From: Eledone cirrhosa
Lineage: Eukaryota
Assembly (NCBI GenBank): GCA_964016885.1
Contig: OZ024741.1
Span: 346,890,001 to 346,954,000 of the forward strand
Direction of reading: 5' to 3'
DNA: 64,000 bases
Positions 13,478-26,726 of this stretch are shown here, one piece after another; position 1 is the stretch's first letter; each line of letters begins with the position of its first letter. Under the pieces are notes generated by a model. That model did not search any database, was not told the origin of the DNA, and saw nothing but the letters and a program-made list of their open reading frames with translations. Made by a program: the position numbers and the translations under genes.

Positions 13478-13588
13478 TAATTGTTTCTACTTTTGGCACA
13501 AGGCCAGCAATTATCCAGTGTATTACTGGTACTTTGTTTTATCGACCCTGTAAGGATGAAAGGCAAAGTTAACCTCGGCGAGATTTGG
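13478..13588 (-). mobile_element. SINE, 5'-truncated
   Basis: Nin-like core and tail match the family. Confidence 0.8.
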
Positions 13589-13599
13589 TAAATAATTAA

Positions 13600-14080
13600 T
13601 AAATAAAGTGACAAATAATTCATCTCTGTTGCTACTACGAAGGAGAGCAAAAAATATGCTACTGATCTCATGCTTGATAACTAAGTTGGACAGACTAAGG
13701 AAACTGTTGCAACTGACGCTGATATTCACATGAAATTAATGGCAAAAACCAAAGAGCAAGAGAAATTATCATCAAAGTGGGAGCATAAACCTCTGCATGG
13801 CAAATATGTGGCCCATAGCAAACAAACTGATGTTGACCAAAAGCAATCCATCAGTCGCTACGTAGGTCAGGGATAAAAGCAGAGAGCGAAGGCTTCATCT
13901 TAGCTGCCCAAGATCAAAGCTTACAGACACGGAACTACCAGGCCAATGTGATGAGAAATGGAGCAATGTTGACGTTGAAACAGTGGAACACTTAGTTTCT
14001 AGATGTAAAGTTTTAACCCCAGTAACTTCAAGGCTGTTACAATACCAGTGACTGGGAGCACCGGAAATACTCAAGAAAGG
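13600..14080 (+). pseudogene. R4/Dong-like non-LTR retrotransposon fragment
   Basis: KWEHKPLHGKY, GIKAESEGFILAAQDQSLQTRNYQ and ETVEHLVSRC read across frameshifts and deletions. Confidence 0.75.
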
Positions 14081-14649
14081 AATGTATGTGTGTATGTGTG
14101 TGTGCATGTGTGTGTGTGTGCATGCGTGCATGGAATATTTGATTTATATGTATATGTATAAGTATGTGTATGTATGTGTATATATGTGTGTGGGTATGAG
14201 TATGTAATTGCATCTGTGTGCATGTATGTATATGTGTGTGTGTATGTTTGTGTGTGTATATGTATGTCTATGGCTGCCGCCGCTGCTGCTACGTTTGCTG
14301 GAATCGCCGGCGTTGTCAGTGATGTCTCCCGTTGTGGTGGTGGTGGTCACATTGTTGTTTCTCTTCAGAGCGCTGTCGGAATCACTTTCTTGAGGCACCC
14401 TTTTTTTCGAGAATTGTCCTACCTTGGCAGGAATTGGGGGGTAATCTCCATTTTTTACAAACAAAAATTAATAGTACAATTAGAAATTTCAAGAGTATAT
14501 ATTTGGGAACAAGGCCAAATATTTTGGGAATTCCCATCTTCAGGGCAAACACTGAAGCCTTATTTCCCCTTTGTAACCAATCTTTTAAACAAAACCCAAA
14601 ATAAATGGATGTACACAATAAAAACAGCCATGGCGTATTGTTTAGAGAC

Positions 14650-15100
14650 TAATAATTGTGTCTACAATAGGCACAAGGTCAGCAATTTGAAGGGGAAGAG
14701 GAAGTCAATTACATCGACCCCAGTACGTTACTGGTGCTTTATTTTATCGAACTCGTAAGGATGAAAGGCAAAGCTGACCTCGGCGGGTTTTGAACTCAGA
14801 ACATAAAGGGCCATAACTCTATGGTGCAAAGCATGGTCTCTGACACTCTACCGATACTGCCTATCCACCACTCTACCAATAATGGTTTCTTATATAGGCA
14901 CAAGGCAAGCAAATTTGGAGGAGGAGTAAGTCGATCAAATCGACTCCAGTACGTTACTGGTGCTTTATTTTATCGACCCCGTAAGGATGGAAGGAAAAGT
15001 TAACCTCGGCGGGATTTGAACTCAGACCGTAATGGTCCGTAACTCTATGCTGCAAAGCAGTGTGTCCGACTCTCTACCGATACTGCCAATCCACCGCCCT
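14650..15100 (-). mobile_element. Two tandem SINE copies
   Basis: Family motifs at ~14650-14870 and ~14877-15100. Confidence 0.85.
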
Positions 15101-15738
15101 CCGCTCTACCAATAATGATAATTATAATAACCATTGATATATTCAACAATGAGAATGTAAATTTAATATATTAATATCGGCTTAACTGAATTTTACTTAC
15201 AATAAGTTGAAAAAGAAAACTATTACAAAGACAGTGAAATATCGATAAATAGATTTCATTTAAAAACCATATTATTAGAATTATGGCAAGTAATACAAAG
15301 GATTTCACATGCCCTCTAGCTGATATATTGTTATTAGTGTTCTCTCTTTGGAATACATCGAAGACATTGTGGAGGAACTTTTTTTTTATTTAAATGCGCT
15401 GCAAGGTATACACCAGCTTTCTTTATTCTTCTATTCGAATGACTAGACATAATCGGATATCTTGAGGACATGTACGGTAATTCATCCATTTAACCATCCA
15501 TCCAACCGATTGTTGTTTAAACCTCATAGGAAAGAATAAATATACAAAAGCAAACAATGACATATGACTATTGTTTTGCAAATGAATTCAATGCGTTGAA
15601 TTTGAAACGAAAAAAATTATATGCATACACGCACAAGCACACACGATGACGCACTCAGACCGTCCTAGCATGCACGTACGCACACAAATACACATACACA
15701 TACTCGCACACACACACACGCACACACACACATACACT

Positions 15739-15791
<53 letters not shown>

Positions 15792-16072
15792 TGTATTTGT
15801 GTAATTCAGAAACTGCCTTTCTAATCATTTTGTGGGCTACATTTGAGTTGTCGTTCACACTCTCAGATGACGTTAATCTACACTTTAATGGTGTTATATT
15901 GGTGTTATTTAGACAGCAATTTCGGAGAAGGGCAAAACTGATTAAATGAATCACGTTACTTTGCCAGCTCTAGTTGTATCGTCCCTGGAGTGATGAGAAA
16001 CTAATTTGATCTAGGTGGGATTTAAAGGCAGAATATAAACAGCCAGACTAGGTGCTGCCATGACATTATAAG

Positions 16073-16262
16073 TAATTGTTTCTATTTGTGGCACAAGGCC
16101 AGCAATTACCCAATGCATTACTAGTACCTTATTTTATGGACCTCGTAAGGATGAAAGGCAAAGTTAACCTTGGCGGGATTTGAACTCAGAGCATAAAGGG
16201 ACGTAACTATGCTGAAAAGGATGGCGTCCGACGCTCTACCGAATCTGCCAATTCACCGCCCT
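16073..16262 (-). mobile_element. SINE
   Basis: Full head-to-tail match to the family. Confidence 0.85.
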
Positions 16263-16894
16263 ATAATAAACGTTCTACCAATCCATTCAATCCACCACCT
16301 TTGTTTAAATACAATATTATAGTTATATTTAAACATATCTCAAACTTCATCTAACTTCTAACATAATTCTTTTTCGAGACGGTATGGCTTATTTAAAATA
16401 ATATTAACATGTAAGCATCTAAAATACAAAATAAAGGACCATTTGTCTGATAAATAGGGTGAGCTATGAGTAAGAAAAAAAGTTTTATGTGTAATTTTAA
16501 CGTGGGATAGGAAAGAAAAATCTTAGGATTGAAAACATTAATATCTATTTGTTATATCAAATAAAAATTATAGCTGTAACAGAAAGGATAAAGGAATAAA
16601 TGGCGTGGAAGTGTATCAGAGTATGCATATATGTGATCGTGGCTAGTTGAATTTGGAGCGAATTGATGTGCTTCAAAATGAAAAACATGTGTTCATCCCT
16701 ACCTCAAAAACATCAATTTTGTTTTAACCCATAAGTGAATATGATGTAGAGAGTGCGAAATATTCACTTTCGTAGAAGCAGTATGTCATTTCTTTCAACA
16801 GATATTTAATATATTTGAAAGGTACGTATCGAATATCAGTGCCAGATTTGCTAGATCACAATTTAGGGAATTGGCAACTCTGTTTATCAAATTA

Positions 16895-16920
16895 CACAGA
16901 CACACACACACACACACACA

Positions 16921-16969
<49 letters not shown>

Positions 16970-17180
16970 GTATGTATATATATATGTACATATATATATA
17001 TATATATATGTATGTATATATATATGTACATATATATACATATATATATATATATGTATGTATATATATACGTACATATATATGTATATATATGTAAATA
17101 TATATATGCATGTATATATATATATGTATATATATGTATATATATATATAATATATATACAAATATATGTATATATATTT

Positions 17181-17230
<50 letters not shown>

Positions 17231-17242
17231 TATATATATATA

Positions 17243-17326
<84 letters not shown>
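16895..17326. repeat. Long compound (CA)n/(TA)n microsatellite
   Basis: Direct reading; source of several spurious ORFs. Confidence 0.95.
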
Positions 17327-17328
<2 letters not shown>

Positions 17329-17945
17329 GTGGGAGGTACAGTGAAATACTTGTGTTGTTACCAAATCAAGCACTCCATGCGCAGGCAGAGTGTATGTAAT
17401 ATAAAACATGCAGAAGCTTCGTTTAAATATTTGTTTCACAGAGTATTGGCTCAAGTTAACCCATAGTAGTTATGGAGCCGACTTAAGTATCGATCTGCTA
17501 GTCAGATTAGTGATATGACAAAACATATATTATTGTTGTGTTATGTGGGCTGAGCAGGTGTATATAAAAGCATCGGCCCTATTTTTTTGTGTGTGAGCGT
17601 ATGTGTGTATTTTGGTGTAATTGGTGGGGCTGCTATGCAGGTGTTTATTCACAGGTATTCATGTTTGTGTTTGTGTGCGCGCGCGAGCATTAAAGGATTC
17701 GTGTGTGCGTGCGTATGTGCGTGCGTGGGTGCGTTTTGAAATGTGTTTTGGTCAGTCAAAGACTTGCTTTCGTATAAACAGAAAGCTAACGTGGGGGTGA
17801 CCCTAATGGCAGGGTGAGGTGGTGTGTGTTACTCTTGGACAACCCGGTTCTAGGCCATCTTATCATTAAAGATAGTTCATGTTTCTGTCAAAGAATGAAA
17901 CAAATTAAAAAAGAATAAATGGAATTGGTTGGTTGTGGGCAAAGA

Positions 17946-18139
17946 TAATAGTTGTTTCTACTTTTGGCACAAGGCCAGCATTTATCCAGTGCATTTACTG
18001 GTACGTTATTTTATCGACGCCGTAAGGATGAAAGTCAAAGTTAACCTCGGCCGGATTTGAACTCAGTCCGTATAGGGACTTAACTGTGCTACAAAGCATG
18101 GCATCCGACCCTCTACCGATACTGCCAATCCACCGCCCT
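17946..18139 (-). mobile_element. SINE
   Basis: Full head-to-tail match to the family. Confidence 0.85.
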
Positions 18140-18357
18140 AAAGATAATAGTGATAGGAATTAATAATAATTATTATTTCTACCTTTGGAAATTTCACAGT
18201 AGAGAAGCGCCCGGACATGTATATATGCATACAGACAGAGGAACCCACACACGCACATAAGTTTGGACACAGACACACACATACATCCCCACATATATAT
18301 ATATATATATACACTCTTATCTATATATACATACATACACAGACATAACTATATATA

Positions 18358-18443
<86 letters not shown>

Positions 18444-18600
18444 TTGAAATTTCCGTTGGAAACAGAAAAGGTCATAGAAATGAAGAGTGCTCTATGTAAG
18501 TATCAGAGCAAAATTTAATGTATAAAAATCAATACAATATAATTACCTCATTACCAGAGGTTTCCCAAATGAGGCGAATACGAAATAAACGACTTCATTC

Positions 18601-20192
18601 CGACTTTATTAATCGCCCTAGTTGTAGATTAATCAACCCTGCTAAGACTGATATTGGTCTTTATAGCAAAAATAAATTTTAAATAAATTAAATACACACA
18701 TTAGAAGTAAGTCTAAATTACTCCAATGGATAAATAGCTCTTCCGTAGTACATTGATTTAATAATATTAAAAACAAAATCAGTTCTAGATTCACCCAATT
18801 TGACATCGTAGACTTCTACCCATCTATTACTCAGACCCTTTTAGTGAAAGCTTTACATTTCGCTAGAGGGTTCACTAATATCTCCGATATTGAAGAGGAT
18901 GTCATCTTGCATGCTAAGAACACTCTACTTTTTAATGATAATGACACTTGGGTAAAAATATATCTAACCCAGAGAACCCATTCGATGTCTCAATGGGCTC
19001 TTATGACAGTGCCGAGGTTTGTGATCTGGTCGGCCTATTCCTCTTACATACACTTAAAGAAAAATTTCCTAACCATATTTTTGGGCTTTATCGCGATGAT
19101 GGTCTAATACTTTCCCATACCACCATAAGCCATAACTTAGATAGATTAAGGACAGACTTAATAAAAACCTTCGCTAGTTTTAATCTTAAAATTACTATTG
19201 ACACTAACCTTTCCAACGTAGATTTCCTAGATATAAACCTAGATTTGCCTACCGCTTCTTATAAACCATACCATAAACCTAATGAAAACTTAAAATATAT
19301 AAATAAAGGATCTTGCCATCCACATATAGTTTTTAAAAACCTTATCCCTAATATTAGCCGTAGGATCTCCACCCTCTCTTCATCAGAAGCTATTTTTAAT
19401 AAGGCATCCCCCTACTATAATAAAGCCCTCCAAAATAGCGGCCTTAGCGAACCGATTAAATACATACCTAACTACACTAACTCTATTAAACATAAAAATA
19501 GGAAAAGAAAAATAATCTGATTCACACCCCCCTACTCTCTAGCAGTTAAAACTAATGTAGGCAAAAAATTCCTAGAACTCCTAGATAAACATTTCCCTAG
19601 AACACATAGATACTATAAGATCTTTAACAGAAACTGTGTTAAAATTAGCTATTCCTGCGGTCCCCCTATTAAGTCCTATATCCTCAACAAAATATCACCT
19701 AGAGTAAATCAAACTTACTCCTGTAGAATCAAAAGTGAATGCCCATTACAAGGTAAATGCAACACCAAAGCCATTGTATATGCGGCTAAAGTGACAACCA
19801 TCAGCAACAACCATCCAGCCACCAGTGAACGATATGTGGGTATGACGCAAGACAGATTCAAAACGCGTTATTACTCACATGTCGCATCCTTTCGACATCC
19901 AGAAAAAAGATTTACGACAGCTCTGGCTAGTAGAATTTGGGATTTGAAAGACCAAGGCATCCAATATAAACTAGATTGGTCAATTTTGAACCAATCTAAA
20001 AAATATGCTAGAAGAACAAGAAAATGCACGCTCTGCATAAATGAAAAATTTTGGATATTGCAAAATCTTAAATCACCAAAGACCTGCCTGAACACAAAGA
20101 CGGAAATTTTCACCAGTTGCCCACACATGAAATCACACCTGCTTTCCAGCTCATATAAGCTTAACACACTTTCAGATACTTATCCTCCATAA
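18601..20192 (+). pseudogene. Penelope-like RT + GIY-YIG endonuclease (disrupted)
   Basis: RLINPAKTDIG, QFDIVDFYPSI, MGSYDSAEVCDLVG, LYRDDGL, FLDINL, CRIKSECPLQGKC, IVY..YVG, CTLCINEK; frameshifts and two Trp->TGA stops. Confidence 0.9.
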
Positions 20193-21382
20193 ACTCTTAT
20201 TATTCTCTTTTTAATTACCCTTTCTGACTTACTTTCATTTTTATCCTTGTCAATAATTTCATTTATTTTCACTTTTATTTAACTTTACTTCACCCCCCCC
20301 CCCCTTTATTCTCCCATCCACTTCCTATTTTCTATTTTTTACTTCCCCTTCTTTTACTTCCCTTTTTCCTCCACTAACTGATTACACTTGTCTTTTGTGT
20401 TTTTCAATCCAGATACATTTTTCATTTTTATTTTTATTTTATTTTTGCGCAGCCTATCTTACAATTTTATATTTGTACTTATTTATCCACATTTCAATAT
20501 GGCTGAACGTCTTAATGTGTGTATACTTTTTATATATGTACATGAGTGACTACGTATGTGCGCGTGCGTGTATGTATATGTATATATATATATATGTGTG
20601 TGTGTATATATATGTGTGTGTACAGGTGTTTGTGTGTGTGTGTATGTATATATTATGCGTATGTGTACGTGTCTTTATATCCGTGTTTTTGACATCTCGG
20701 TTTTATGTTTTGTTTCTTTTTTCTTCTCCCCCCTTCCCTCTTTTTTTACTTACTCAGTTTCATACGTGGGCATGCAAACAGGTTTATATGCGTGAGTATA
20801 AGTATGTGTGTGTGTGTGTGTGTATGTACGTATCGAACGTATGGAAGTGTAAGTGTGCGTGTGTATATAAGCATAATTATTTTTATATTTCTTTTGTGAG
20901 ACACGCGTGTCTGTGTATGTATGTACCCCCCCTTTTTTGTTTTCTTTAATTTTTTCTTTCTAATATCTTTTCTTTCTAATTTATCGTTATTATATTTTTA
21001 TAAATATATCGAGACTGATACTTTTATTTTAATTATTACACTCCCTTTACCTCCTTTCTTTCCGCATCTAAGTGTACGAGTGTCCAAGCGTTTCATGCGC
21101 GCGCTTTCATATTCATATATTTACGATGTAACCATTTCTGTCTGTATAATACAGACATATAGATACATATTTTAGAATTACGCACACCTTCTCACTATAC
21201 ATTTACATGTGCACATATACATATATGCACATCTGTGAGCGTATATACATACATATACACACACCTAACTATATTTCTTGATAGATTTTTATATATTTCA
21301 ATTTCTATTTCATTTATCTATATCTTTTTTTGATTATCTTGATGTGTTTTTCTAAGTATTTGCCCATGTTTTATATTGCCTC

Positions 21383-21452
21383 GTCTGACGAACGAATGAA
21401 GTCGTTTATTTCGTATTCGCCTCATTCGGGAAACCTCTGGTAATGAGGTAAT
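21383..21452 (+). ncRNA. Hammerhead-like motif, canonical core, weak stem I
   Basis: CTGACGA-a-cgaatga..tcattcg-g-GAAA-cctc/tggtaat/gagg-TA; stem I only about 2 bp. Confidence 0.6.
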
Positions 21453-21474
21453 TATATTGTATTGATTTTTATAC

Positions 21475-21525
<51 letters not shown>

Positions 21526-21667
21526 ATAGAGGTGTAACACACGAGATATGATATATTCGTAAACGGAAAAGAAAATGCTGACAAATTGTTCACAGTGAAA
21601 AATAGTTTAATTAGGAATAAGTGAAAATTAGTAATAGTATTGGTTAGTATTCAGTTTTGGTTTTAAG

Positions 21668-21703
21668 TTTTACCGGTTGCGCATTTCTAATGCTTTTCAA
21701 AAA
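21668..21703 (-). ncRNA. Degenerate minimal hammerhead (inverted pLTR copy)
   Basis: Reverse complement of 24300-24335. Confidence 0.5.
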
Positions 21704-22073
21704 TAATTTTGAGATAAAGCGCCCGTGATGTTTGCTCTAATCTGATTAGTTTTGGAAATTCTACCTGTTTTATGTGAAAAAAGTGGCTCCAGATGTATTA
21801 AAATAAGTTTCGCACCAATTGGTCTTGCAAAAATTCTTGTGGTCAAAACAATTTTGATTGGTCGGTAGAGGTCATGTGAATGTTAAAAATTGATTTTGCG
21901 GCAAAGTAGGTTTGTGTCGGCTCATTGAGAAGTCACTGAAAAATAAGTCTTTCAAAACAAATATGTGTGTGTGTGTGTAGTAGTAGCAAAGAGGTTCGTT
22001 GTTGTGATAATGGTCAGCAGGGATGTGTGTGCGAACCGCAGCCTGTTGACAGTTCAAATGACTATTAAGACAA

Positions 22074-22145
<72 letters not shown>

Positions 22146-22157
22146 CAGAGTAATTCG

Positions 22158-23228
22158 TGGAAGCGATATCTAGATGACTTCTTCATCCTTTGGTACGAGA
22201 ACATCGAGAAACTTAAAGAATTTCACACCCTTATAAATGGGCTCAACACTAATATTAACTTCACGATGGAATACAGCCATCAACAACTCCCCTTCCTCGC
22301 CATCTTCATTAAGATCCATAACAAAAAAATAGAAACAGACATATACTACAAGCCCACAGACTCCAAGCAATATCTTCCCTTCAACTCTTGCCACCCTAGA
22401 CACGTTAAAATTAATATTCCCTACAACTTAGCCAAGAGAATCTGTACTATAGTCTCCATAAAAACACCTGCTACTTACGGCTACAAGAACTAAAGAACAC
22501 ACTCATAGGCAGGGACTACCCTGCATCACTAATTGACAATGGAATCCAACGTGCCCTAAAACTCAGTACCCAGGATCTTAGACACCCTAAAGTAAATCAA
22601 CCGAAACTAAAAGCTCTTCCATACATCTCCACACACAACCCCTTCAACAATGAGGCCTTTGACACCATCCTCCAGAACATCCCTGTGTTGAAAAAGGACA
22701 ATAGAATGAACCAAATCCTACGAACACACGATATCATAAAGAGCAAAAGACAATCTAAGTCAATGAAAAACATCCTAACACATGCCAAAGTACTGCCAAC
22801 CACAACAACGAAACCCACAGTAAAAAAAATGCGATAGACCCAACTGTGGCATATGCATCAACCTAATAGAGGGTTCGGAATTCTATTTCAAAGAAGGACA
22901 ACGTTTTATAGTAAAACAAAATTTCACATGCGCATCAGAAAATCTAATATATCTATTAACTTGCTCAGGTTGTCGAGAACAATACATAGGCCAGACCAAA
23001 AACAGTCTCCGCCAACGCATGACTGTCCATAGATCCCAAATTAAAATACGGGAATACAGGAAAATACCACTGAGTGAACACATTGATACTTGTGCCACCC
23101 AAAACCATCCCAACTTCAGAATCTTTCCCCTCTACAAATTTAAAGATAATACCACCCACACCCAGCGTATCAGCAAGGAATCTCACTTTATTAACAAATA
23201 CGGACCCCGTCTAAACACTTCTCCCTAA
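22158..23228 (+). pseudogene. Penelope RT C-terminus, Cys-rich linker and GIY-YIG (frameshifted)
   Basis: WKRYLDDFFILW, YKPTDSKQYLPFNSCHPRH, CDRPNCGIC, LIYLLTCSGCREQYIGQT. Confidence 0.88.
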
Positions 23229-23900
23229 GACGAACCCACAACATACACACGTCAACATACATACCTACATCAGCATACATATGTATCCACATATAAACAC
23301 AATGACATACGTAAACACATGTTCTATGGTGCAACACAAATATACACAAATTTGCATACCTTTTGATGTCTATAGATATAAACGTGCCGACACACACATA
23401 TACATACACGCACACATGCATTGCACACTGATGGGCACATACATATTTGTACAAAAGTATTCCAATACGGCAAGGCCTAATGGATTCCCCTTGCAGTACG
23501 TACAATCTGGACACTCACACACACCTTCGTATTATGCCAATACTATATATCATTTCACACCTATTATTATTAAGGTTTTTGATGTTCTATTGAGAGAATC
23601 GTTTTTACTGAAAATATCGAATAACGTACACCATTTTACCAGTATCACAAAAATACTGGTCCACCCACACACACACACATATATATACACACACACACAC
23701 ATATATACACACACACATATACACACGTACTTTAACATACAATGAGACATATACACACACACAGACACACACATGCACTTCTCTGTATAAGACAAGAGCT
23801 TAAAAATATCTTTTAACATGTTAAAATAACCCCACACACTTACAGACACATTCCTACTGACTATCCCTCTACCACGAATTACTCTGCTACACACACACAC

Positions 23901-23937
<37 letters not shown>

Positions 23938-24299
23938 TCTTAATAGGCATTTGAACTGTCAACAGGCTGCGGTTCGCACACACATCCCTGCTGACAATTA
24001 TCACAACAACGAACCTCTTTACTACTACTACACACACATATTTGTTTTGAAAGACTTATTTTTCAGTGACTTCTCAATCAGCCGACACAAACCTACATTT
24101 GGCGCAAACTCAATTTTTAACATTCACATGACCTCTACCGACCAATTAAAATTGTTTTGACCACAAGAATTTTTGCAACACGAATTGGCGCGAAACTTAT
24201 TTTAATACATCTGGAGCCACTTTTTTCACATAAAACATGTAGAATTTCCAAAACTATTCAGATTAGAGCAAACATCACGGGCGCTCTATCTCAAAATTA

Positions 24300-24335
24300 T
24301 TTTTGAAAAGCATTAGAAATGCGCAACCGGTAAAA
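24300..24335 (+). ncRNA. Degenerate minimal hammerhead, U3-A8 core, GAAA->GCAA
   Basis: ttt-TTGAAAA-gcat/tagaa/atgc-GCAAC-cg-GTA-aaa; same layout as the intact motif at 53518. Confidence 0.55.
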
Positions 24336-24443
24336 CTTAAAACCAAAACTGAATACTAACCAATACTATTACTAATTTTCACTTATTCCTAATTAAACTA
24401 TTTTTCATTGGGAACAATTTGTCATAATTTTCTTTTCCGTTTA

Positions 24444-24509
<66 letters not shown>

Positions 24510-24661
24510 TATATATACACAACCATGCTTACATACACACACACACACAGAAACACACAAACATACACATACACACACATATATATATACATACATATAT
24601 ATACATGCACATGTGTGTCTGCGTGCCCATATAAACGTATGACCAGATATACGCTTGCATA

Positions 24662-25557
24662 TACAGGTTGCGGACGATATTTGTTCGTAAGATTACTCTC
24701 TAGGAAAAGATAACACAGGAGTTTTATTTTTTAAGAAATATTTATCAAACTTGGGTCAGTTTCTCTTCATGACTTGTTCCTTTGATCTCACTCGATAAAC
24801 CCGCCATTGGCTTTGATGACGGTCTCAGGGCGGCATCGGAACCGGCTACAGGCCTTCGTCACTGTCCCCCGACTTAGACCCCTAAAGGCACTTGTGATCC
24901 TAGCCTTCAGATCTTCTTTCGTATTGCAGATAGATCTGTTCGCGTCTCGTTCCACTGCGCCCCACACAAAGAAGTCGAGGAGATTGCAGTCAGGCGAGCT
25001 GGGAGGCCAGATGTCAGGTGAAGTGTGGTCGACGAAGTTCTCTGACAGCCAGGCTTGGGTCTATCGGCTGGTATGGCAGGGCGCTGAGTCTTGCTGCCAC
25101 ACGTACTGCCTACCTGCAGCTACCTGGTCGATCCAGGGTTTTACTACTTCGTTCAGAACACGGATGTAGCCATCGGTGTTCAGCTTGAGGCCCTCAGGGA
25201 AGAAGTGAGGTGGCATGACGTTACCTTGACTGCTGACGACACCTCAGACCATTGTTGACGTTGGAAACTTTGTCTGCATGACTCTGGACACGTCTTTGGA
25301 TGAGACAGCGAGCCGCCTGTTGTTCCGGGAGTTGATCTTCTGGTCTTATTTGTCCTGCCGGCGCGGATTCCAAGAAGAACTCCCTGTCTCTTCCACAGAT
25401 TTGGAGATTCAAAATTATTCATAATCAATTATTCTCAAAATAAATAATGGAAATATAGGCACTGTATTTATGAAGACAAGAGTGATAACGGAAGTAAAAA
25501 AAAATTGCATAAAATTAGCAGTTGAAAATTGCGAACAAATATCGTCCGCATTCTTTA
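24662..25557 (-). mobile_element. Tc1/mariner superfamily DD37D (maT) transposon, internally deleted
   Basis: TIRs TGCGGACGATATTTGTTCG at both ends with TA flanks; minus strand VWQQDSAPCH...WPPSSPDCNLLDFFVWG with 37 residues between the last two D; stops present; N-terminus fused to the catalytic region at ~25350. Confidence 0.88.
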
Positions 25558-25627
25558 CATGGAGACGAGGTGACACACACACACTGGTGCCCACCCATAC
25601 ACACACATGTACATATACATAGCAGAA

Positions 25628-25823
25628 ATAATAATTGTTTCTACTTTTGGCACAATGCCAGCAATTATTCCAGTGTATTACTGGTACTTTATTTTATCGA
25701 CCCCGTAAGGATGAAAGGCAAAGATGACCTCTGCGGGATTTGAACTCAGACCACAAAGGGCCGTAACTCTTTGCTGCAAAGCATGGCGTCATACCCTCTA
25801 CTATACTGCCAATCCACCGCCCT
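25628..25823 (-). mobile_element. SINE with target-site duplication
   Basis: Family match; ATAGCAGAAATAATAAT on both sides. Confidence 0.87.
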
Positions 25824-26552
25824 ATAGCAGAAATAATAATAACAACAAGAGAGGGTGTATAGATACATATAAAGTGTTATAAGTAGCAGAAGAGTGTTCA
25901 TATAAATTTCTTTCGTTTGCATGTGTTTAAGACCTGTTTATGGTTGTGTATTACGTGGTGTTCCTGAAGCTTTGCGCGTCTACCTAACTGTTGAGCAGGT
26001 GGGCGCATTTTTGAAAAGAGTTCATCACGATTTCGGGCCTCGACTTGATACCGTATTGTTTCAGCTAAGTATGCTTAAACCATATGTAAAATACTTAATA
26101 TAATAGTAGAGAAGGTATACAGGTATATGAAATTTATTGGATTAGAACTGTTCCATCCTATTTTATTCCATGCGAAATTATATAAATAATCGCATTGCTT
26201 CTTTTAAAAAACTAAATTCCTTTTGAATATAAGCATCTTAAATTTGATTGAATTTGAACCTTGACCCAATTTGTTCTTCGTTGTTGCAAATTGTTCACAT
26301 TTGATTTGACGTTGTCTGGTCTCAAATCATTCAAATTCAATATTACAGGGAAATGTTAATTTACCTGATTTATTTCTGAATAGAACATTTTAATTGTAAG
26401 TTTCCAGTGATTAGTTATTCATTAGATTAAGCCTGTGATAGTTAAACAAAGCTTCAGAATTGTACACTTGGAAGAGAGCATGTGTTACAGTCTGCTATGT
26501 CATGTCAAAAGTGCACATTGTATTCTAACTGAAGTAAATTTCAAAGTTGAAT

Positions 26553-26726
26553 TACCGTATCCCCCGGCGTCGAAGACCCTACTTTTTTCCCCTAAAATAA
26601 GTCTCAAATATCTACCATGCGTCCTGGAGGCCAAATGTTGTTTATTATTTTAAAAAAATGTTTTCGTTGTCAAAGTTAGGGTGCGTCCTCGAGGACGAAG
26701 CGTCTTCGGCGCTGGGAAATACGATA
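26553..26726. mobile_element. pogo/Tigger-like MITE
   Basis: TACCGTAT..CGGCGTCGAAGAC and GTCTTCGGCGCTGGGAAATACGATA imperfect TIRs, TA ends. Confidence 0.65.

Larger units (their letters stand above)
18437..21478 (+). mobile_element. Penelope-like element (Naiad-type), 5'-truncated, with inverted pLTR piece
   Basis: 18517-18600 is the reverse complement of 21394-21477; both ends abut (TA)n; RT + GIY-YIG inside. Confidence 0.88.
21555..24447 (+). mobile_element. Penelope-like element (Neptune-type), 5'-truncated, with ~600-bp inverted pLTRs
   Basis: 21555-22160 is the reverse complement of 23872-24447; 3' end abuts (TA)n. Confidence 0.88.

Noticed and set aside
14366-14554. Possible hAT MITE (CAG...CTG ends)
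   Set aside because: TIR match is weak and no 8-bp TSD is visible
12703-17466. Many ORFs rich in YI/HT/CV repeats, also present elsewhere in the window
   Set aside because: Translations of (TA)n, (CA)n and (CATA)n microsatellites, not genes
18754-19520. Two in-frame TGA codons in the first Naiad ORF as possible selenocysteine
   Set aside because: Both fall at Trp-type positions (VH*FNNI, II*FTPP), consistent with TGG->TGA decay; the Cys motifs use TGY
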